The notes beneath the pieces were generated by a model. That model did not search any database. It saw only the letters and a list, made by a program, of their open reading frames with translations, and was not told the origin of the DNA. A DNA stretch of 25,685 nt from a virus (taxonomy: Duplodnaviria; Caudoviricetes), in the IMG/VR virus record IMGVR_UViG_3300020044_002886, positions 1 to 25,685 of that record. One strand, written 5' to 3'. Position numbers and translations under genes: made by a program. This document shows positions 22,205 to 25,685 of this stretch, one piece after another (positions within the stretch are counted from its first letter, which is position 1; each line of letters opens with the position of its first letter).

Positions 22205-22380
22205 TTGATGATCCAAACGGCAGAAAAGATTGTGCCAGCCATTGCCACAATCATGAGGCCAGCAGTTTTGAGCATGATGGTTTCAATGCGCTTGAGGCGG
22301 GCATTGATTTGTTCGTAGCGAATAGCGCAAACTTCTTCATGCGTAGAAAGGCGTGCGTCCGTTTTGTCAATCGTTGACAT
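22201..22380 (-). CDS. XhlA-like small membrane protein (not in the ORF track)
   Basis: MSTIDKTDARLSTHEEVCAIRYEQINARLKRIETIMLKTAGLMIVAMAGTIFSAVWIIK; coiled coil plus C-terminal TM; GGAG RBS. Confidence 0.75.
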   Translation of the reverse strand: MSTIDKTDARLSTHEEVCAIRYEQINARLKRIETIMLKTAGLMIVAMAGTIFSAVWIIK

Positions 22381-22395
22381 TTATTGCTCCGTCAA

Positions 22396-22875
22396 TTAAG
22401 GCATTTCAGGCCAAGTGATTGTCCATGGAAAGCCTGACTGTTCTGTGACATCCCGCAGCGCCTGGCGGTAGGTTGCCCATGCAGCCTGATCCACTGGAGC
22501 GTCAGCCACCTGTGTCCAATCGCTGTCTTTGAGCTTTTCACCACGCTGTTGACGCACAGACTTAGCCTGTTCAGCGTCTTTAGCGGCCTTGTAAGCGGCT
22601 TCCTGTTCAGCAGCAGTGGCTTCTTCAGTGTCAGTGAAGACAGGGCCAAGAACGTACTTGGTGTACCACTTGCCATTGATCTCTTCAACACCAGCGGCTT
22701 GGCTGTATTGGTAGACCGTACCGCCAGTTGCTTGTGGACCTTCAAAGACTACATCACCGCCGAACTCGTTGATGATGTCCTCTGTCAGTTGGGCAGGAAA
22801 GCCTGTGTTGGGGAACAGTGCACGAAACTCGTTCTCGTACATCACTGTGCCTGTTTGTCTTACTCGAATCTGCAT
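22396..22875 (-). CDS. Tail fibre assembly chaperone
   Basis: VR..R...LKDSDWTQVADAP....WATYRQALRDV..Q.GFPW.I.WP; directly downstream of the tail fibre gene. Confidence 0.85.
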   Translation of the reverse strand: MQIRVRQTGTVMYENEFRALFPNTGFPAQLTEDIINEFGGDVVFEGPQATGGTVYQYSQAAGVEEINGKWYTKYVLGPVFTDTEEATAAEQEAAYKAAKDAEQAKSVRQQRGEKLKDSDWTQVADAPVDQAAWATYRQALRDVTEQSGFPWTITWPEMP

Positions 22876-22887
22876 TTGTTACTCCTA

Positions 22888-24858
22888 TCAGGCTATTGCC
22901 AAAAAGATGAATGTGCCGCCACTGGCATTGATTGCTGCTGGTGCTGTGCTGCTGATCTCAAACCCTGCGCTGTAGGTGTCCACGTAATCGGTGTTGGTCA
23001 CTTCAGCCGCTGTGCTGTTGAGCAAGAGGTAAGGATCATTACCAGCCACGATGCCACGTGCAGAATCCCAAACGTACCAATCTCCACTCCCAGAAGTATC
23101 TGCACGTTTAATCATCACAAACCTAGCACCACCTGTAAAACCACAATCAACTTGAAGTGTAGTTCCTGTCCCAGTGTAGCTACCAAACTTACTTACGCCA
23201 GGGCATGAAGCAAAGAGGTAAGCCACATAGGTGTAGCCAGTTGCGTTGGAGTCGTAAGCCGTTGAACTTGCACGGACTCTAAACTGGGTAGCTGTATCGT
23301 TAGTGGTCGGCCAATATGTTGCAGAAATCGGGTCTGAGCTGGCGCTGTTAAGCGCCAATGCTCTCTGGCCAATAATTGCTTTTGCTTTTACAGGCCAGTA
23401 GTTGACATTCGTTCCATTTGACCTGCTCTTGATAATAATCAGCTCAGGCGGGACGCCAAGATTGTGGTTGTAAATACTTGTTGATGAACCACCACCCGTA
23501 TAGCAAACCTCATCAAAGAAGCCGGGGGCGCGGCGGAGGAACCACTCAATGTAATTTTCACCGGCAGCGTTGTAATTGGTTATGCCCTGCACATAAACGC
23601 CGTTTTGCCGACTAAATAAAGTAACACCCTCAGTGACCGACTGTTCAGCGCCGGTGCCAGTTGATGTAATGTTTCTTCCGCCTCCTCTAAGCCTGTCCCA
23701 AAAAGTCTTTCCGGAGCTGCTGGTTCTGTTGGAGCTTATGCACAGGTCAACAGGGAAACCCACTCCAGTCAACTCAATACCAGCAGCGTTAGTGCCAGAT
23801 CGCGGAATCGCGTTGTAAACACTCGTCCCCGTTGTCGGCACTTTCATCGGGCCACGGCGGATGGCGATGTAGATGAATGTGTTGCCAGAAGGACTGTTTA
23901 CGTCTCCAGCCGTGTCAGTAATCTTAAAACCAGTGGCAGTAGGAGAAAGCCTATTTGAGTAAGCCTCTGCGCTGCTTGTATTTGCGCTCAATATCCCATC
24001 GCCAGAACCTGTTGTGTTGACATCCATGCCCCTCATGTTGTCAAACATACGCCAAGCATTTCCAGCAGTGGTCACGTTTTTAATCATTACCCATTGCGGC
24101 TCCCAACCAAGATTGATTTCAGGGCCGTCATTAGAGTCATTCCCCGTATATGACCCACACGAAATCACATTGTCCGTACCCGTCAGGCCAAAGCCTCCTG
24201 CGTTGTGGGCGAAGAGGTAGGCTACGTAGGTTCCACCAGAAGCGTTTACGTTAGTAACATTTGATGAACCTCCGGGGTTAAGCAAGAAGTCAGTGGCTGT
24301 AAGCGCACCCGGATAGCCGCCTAATGTGTTGTCCGGTCCCGCAGCGTTGGTTGTGTTGAGGGTCAGCCATGCAGTCGCGCTGGGGAAAAAGCAAACCCAG
24401 TCACCAGTGCTGTCGGTGCGTTTGACCATGACACAACCCGGAGTCGAGCCAAGGTTGTGCGTAATGGTGCGATAGCTTGCACCGTTGCCTGTCCACGTCA
24501 CCACATCAAAGAACTTCGGCTGCTTTCTGAAGGTCCATGAGGCGTAGGTAGTGCCACTGCTTACTGATGAAGTAGTGAAGCCCGTGGACGAAACAGCAGT
24601 AATAACTCCAGAGCCTGTAATTTGAGCCGCTGTTGAGTTTGTACTCAACGAATTTGCAAAGCTGCTAGAACTGTCTTGCAGGTAATGGCTTTCAACGGCT
24701 GACCGTTTCTTTAGCCAAACCAGCCCACCCTTACCTGCTAAATCGATATTATTTGTATGAGTTTGCGATGCACCTGTGCCTGTATACAGGTAAGTGCTGA
24801 AGACGTCTTCGATGTAGTTGGCTGCACCGTTAGCAGCCGATGTATTTGAACTAAGCAT
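22888..24858 (-). CDS. Tail fibre / receptor-binding protein with six tandem beta-rich repeats
   Basis: 656 aa, Thr/Gly/Ser-rich; recurring (Y/W)TG.G...(HN)LG..P...(I/V)K.R...W...Y(V/I)(A/Y) units. Confidence 0.8.
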   Translation of the reverse strand: MLSSNTSAANGAANYIEDVFSTYLYTGTGASQTHTNNIDLAGKGGLVWLKKRSAVESHYLQDSSSSFANSLSTNSTAAQITGSGVITAVSSTGFTTSSVSSGTTYASWTFRKQPKFFDVVTWTGNGASYRTITHNLGSTPGCVMVKRTDSTGDWVCFFPSATAWLTLNTTNAAGPDNTLGGYPGALTATDFLLNPGGSSNVTNVNASGGTYVAYLFAHNAGGFGLTGTDNVISCGSYTGNDSNDGPEINLGWEPQWVMIKNVTTAGNAWRMFDNMRGMDVNTTGSGDGILSANTSSAEAYSNRLSPTATGFKITDTAGDVNSPSGNTFIYIAIRRGPMKVPTTGTSVYNAIPRSGTNAAGIELTGVGFPVDLCISSNRTSSSGKTFWDRLRGGGRNITSTGTGAEQSVTEGVTLFSRQNGVYVQGITNYNAAGENYIEWFLRRAPGFFDEVCYTGGGSSTSIYNHNLGVPPELIIIKSRSNGTNVNYWPVKAKAIIGQRALALNSASSDPISATYWPTTNDTATQFRVRASSTAYDSNATGYTYVAYLFASCPGVSKFGSYTGTGTTLQVDCGFTGGARFVMIKRADTSGSGDWYVWDSARGIVAGNDPYLLLNSTAAEVTNTDYVDTYSAGFEISSTAPAAINASGGTFIFLAIA

Positions 24859-24867
24859 TAATAGTCC

Positions 24868-25685
24868 TTAAACAGTGTAGTTCTTGCCAGCATCTGATCC
24901 ATACCAGTTAGTACCATCACTTGTGAAGATGTATTTATCAAGTTTTGAAGCAGTAGCTGTAATGGTAGGAGCAGTACCACCGGGCCACTTCACAGCTGAA
25001 GGCCATGTCACTGTGCGTGAGCCTGTACCGTCTTGCTTAAGCAACATAATGAAGCTTTTACCAGCAGCGGCTGTAGGGAATGTGAAGGTGCAGTTGCCTG
25101 TCAAGGTCAGGATTTGCACAGTACCGTTAGCCAAGTCAATGGTGTAGGCAGTAGAGGTGTTGGCTGTCACAGTCTCTTCTGTGTAACCGTTGGTAAAAGT
25201 ACCAGCTTCAATGGTTTTGTTGGTCAGTGTCTCAGTACCAGACAAAGTAGCAAAGCTACCAGCAGTCAGTGTTGCTTGCGTCCAAGCAGAGCCATTCCAG
25301 ACCCACAGTGTGTTACTTGTGGAATTCCAATAGATAGCGCCTGTCAGCAATGCATTGCCATCATTGTCAACTGAAGGTGCAGAACTCTTAGAACCCAAAT
25401 AACGGTCATCAAACGAGTCGTAGGCGGCTTCAGCAGCCGTTGCACTGGTTGCGGCTTGTCCTGCGCTTGTAGAGGCGTTTGTGGCGCTTGTAGCGGCATT
25501 TGTTGCGCTTGTAGCCGCTGCTGCTGCGCTTGTTGCTGCACTTGTAGCACTTCCAAGAATGCTGTCAACGTATGCTTTGCGTGTCAGGTCATCGTCAGTT
25601 GTTGGTGTGGCTGTGGATGTGACCTTGTTAGACCCCATCACAATGTTGCCAGTCATTGTCCCGCCAGCCTTTGGCAGCAAACCGC
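24868..25685 (-). CDS. Tail fibre protein, C-terminal part; start lies beyond the window edge
   Basis: LPKAGGTMTGNI.MG.NK, SATSAA repeats, YDSFDDRYLGSKS..P..DNDGNAL..GA.YWN, C-terminal LKQDGTGSRTVTWPSAVKWPGGTAPT domain. Confidence 0.85.
   Translation of the reverse strand, partial: GLLPKAGGTMTGNIVMGSNKVTSTATPTTDDDLTRKAYVDSILGSATSAATSAAAAATSATNAATSATNASTSAGQAATSATAAEAAYDSFDDRYLGSKSSAPSVDNDGNALLTGAIYWNSTSNTLWVWNGSAWTQATLTAGSFATLSGTETLTNKTIEAGTFTNGYTEETVTANTSTAYTIDLANGTVQILTLTGNCTFTFPTAAAGKSFIMLLKQDGTGSRTVTWPSAVKWPGGTAPTITATASKLDKYIFTSDGTNWYGSDAGKNYTV

Noticed and set aside
22392-23208. Alternative ORFs 22392-22745 (-) and 22549-23208 (+)
   Set aside because: They overlap the well-supported chaperone and tail-fibre genes and have no motifs or RBS.
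25420-25550. Short tandem GCGCTTGT-like repeats
   Set aside because: Explained by SATSAA/SATNAA peptide repeats in the tail fibre.

Overview
The window is part of a dsDNA tailed-phage genome with a podovirus-like head module. Spanins and lipoproteins imply a Gram-negative host. A betaproteobacterial or freshwater host is only my inference from the gene families. The window runs from inside the major capsid gene (left edge) to inside a tail-fibre gene (right edge). Minus-strand packaging and head block (1-8698): capsid, scaffold, portal, PBSX-type TerL, TerS, an LPD23/HExxH protein and small ORFs. Minus-strand early/middle block (8847-16798): many small ORFs, a Ref-like nuclease, NinB, RusA, a C5 DNA methyltransferase, a replication initiator and an HNH. 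Plus-strand block (16907-19204): ERF recombinase, SSB-like protein, a Cys-rich secreted peptide, MazG-like protein and DUF3310. Minus-strand lysis and tail block (19164-25685): GH19 endolysin, nested spanins, membrane proteins, an HNH-AP2 insertion, a tail chaperone and tail fibres. No integrase, CI-type repressor, tRNA or CRISPR array was seen. The most notable signals are: (1) a methyltransferase split over two almost completely overlapping reading frames; (2) a promoter-driven structured leader RNA whose loops are complementary to its own downstream leader and RBS; (3) an HNH insertion that truncated a lipoprotein gene and is followed by a second, different signal peptide for it; (4) a repeated 17-bp box tied to non-canonical promoters; (5) a candidate ncRNA with loop-E, GNRA and T-loop motifs; (6) a shared MAGLLG N-terminal tag on unrelated proteins.
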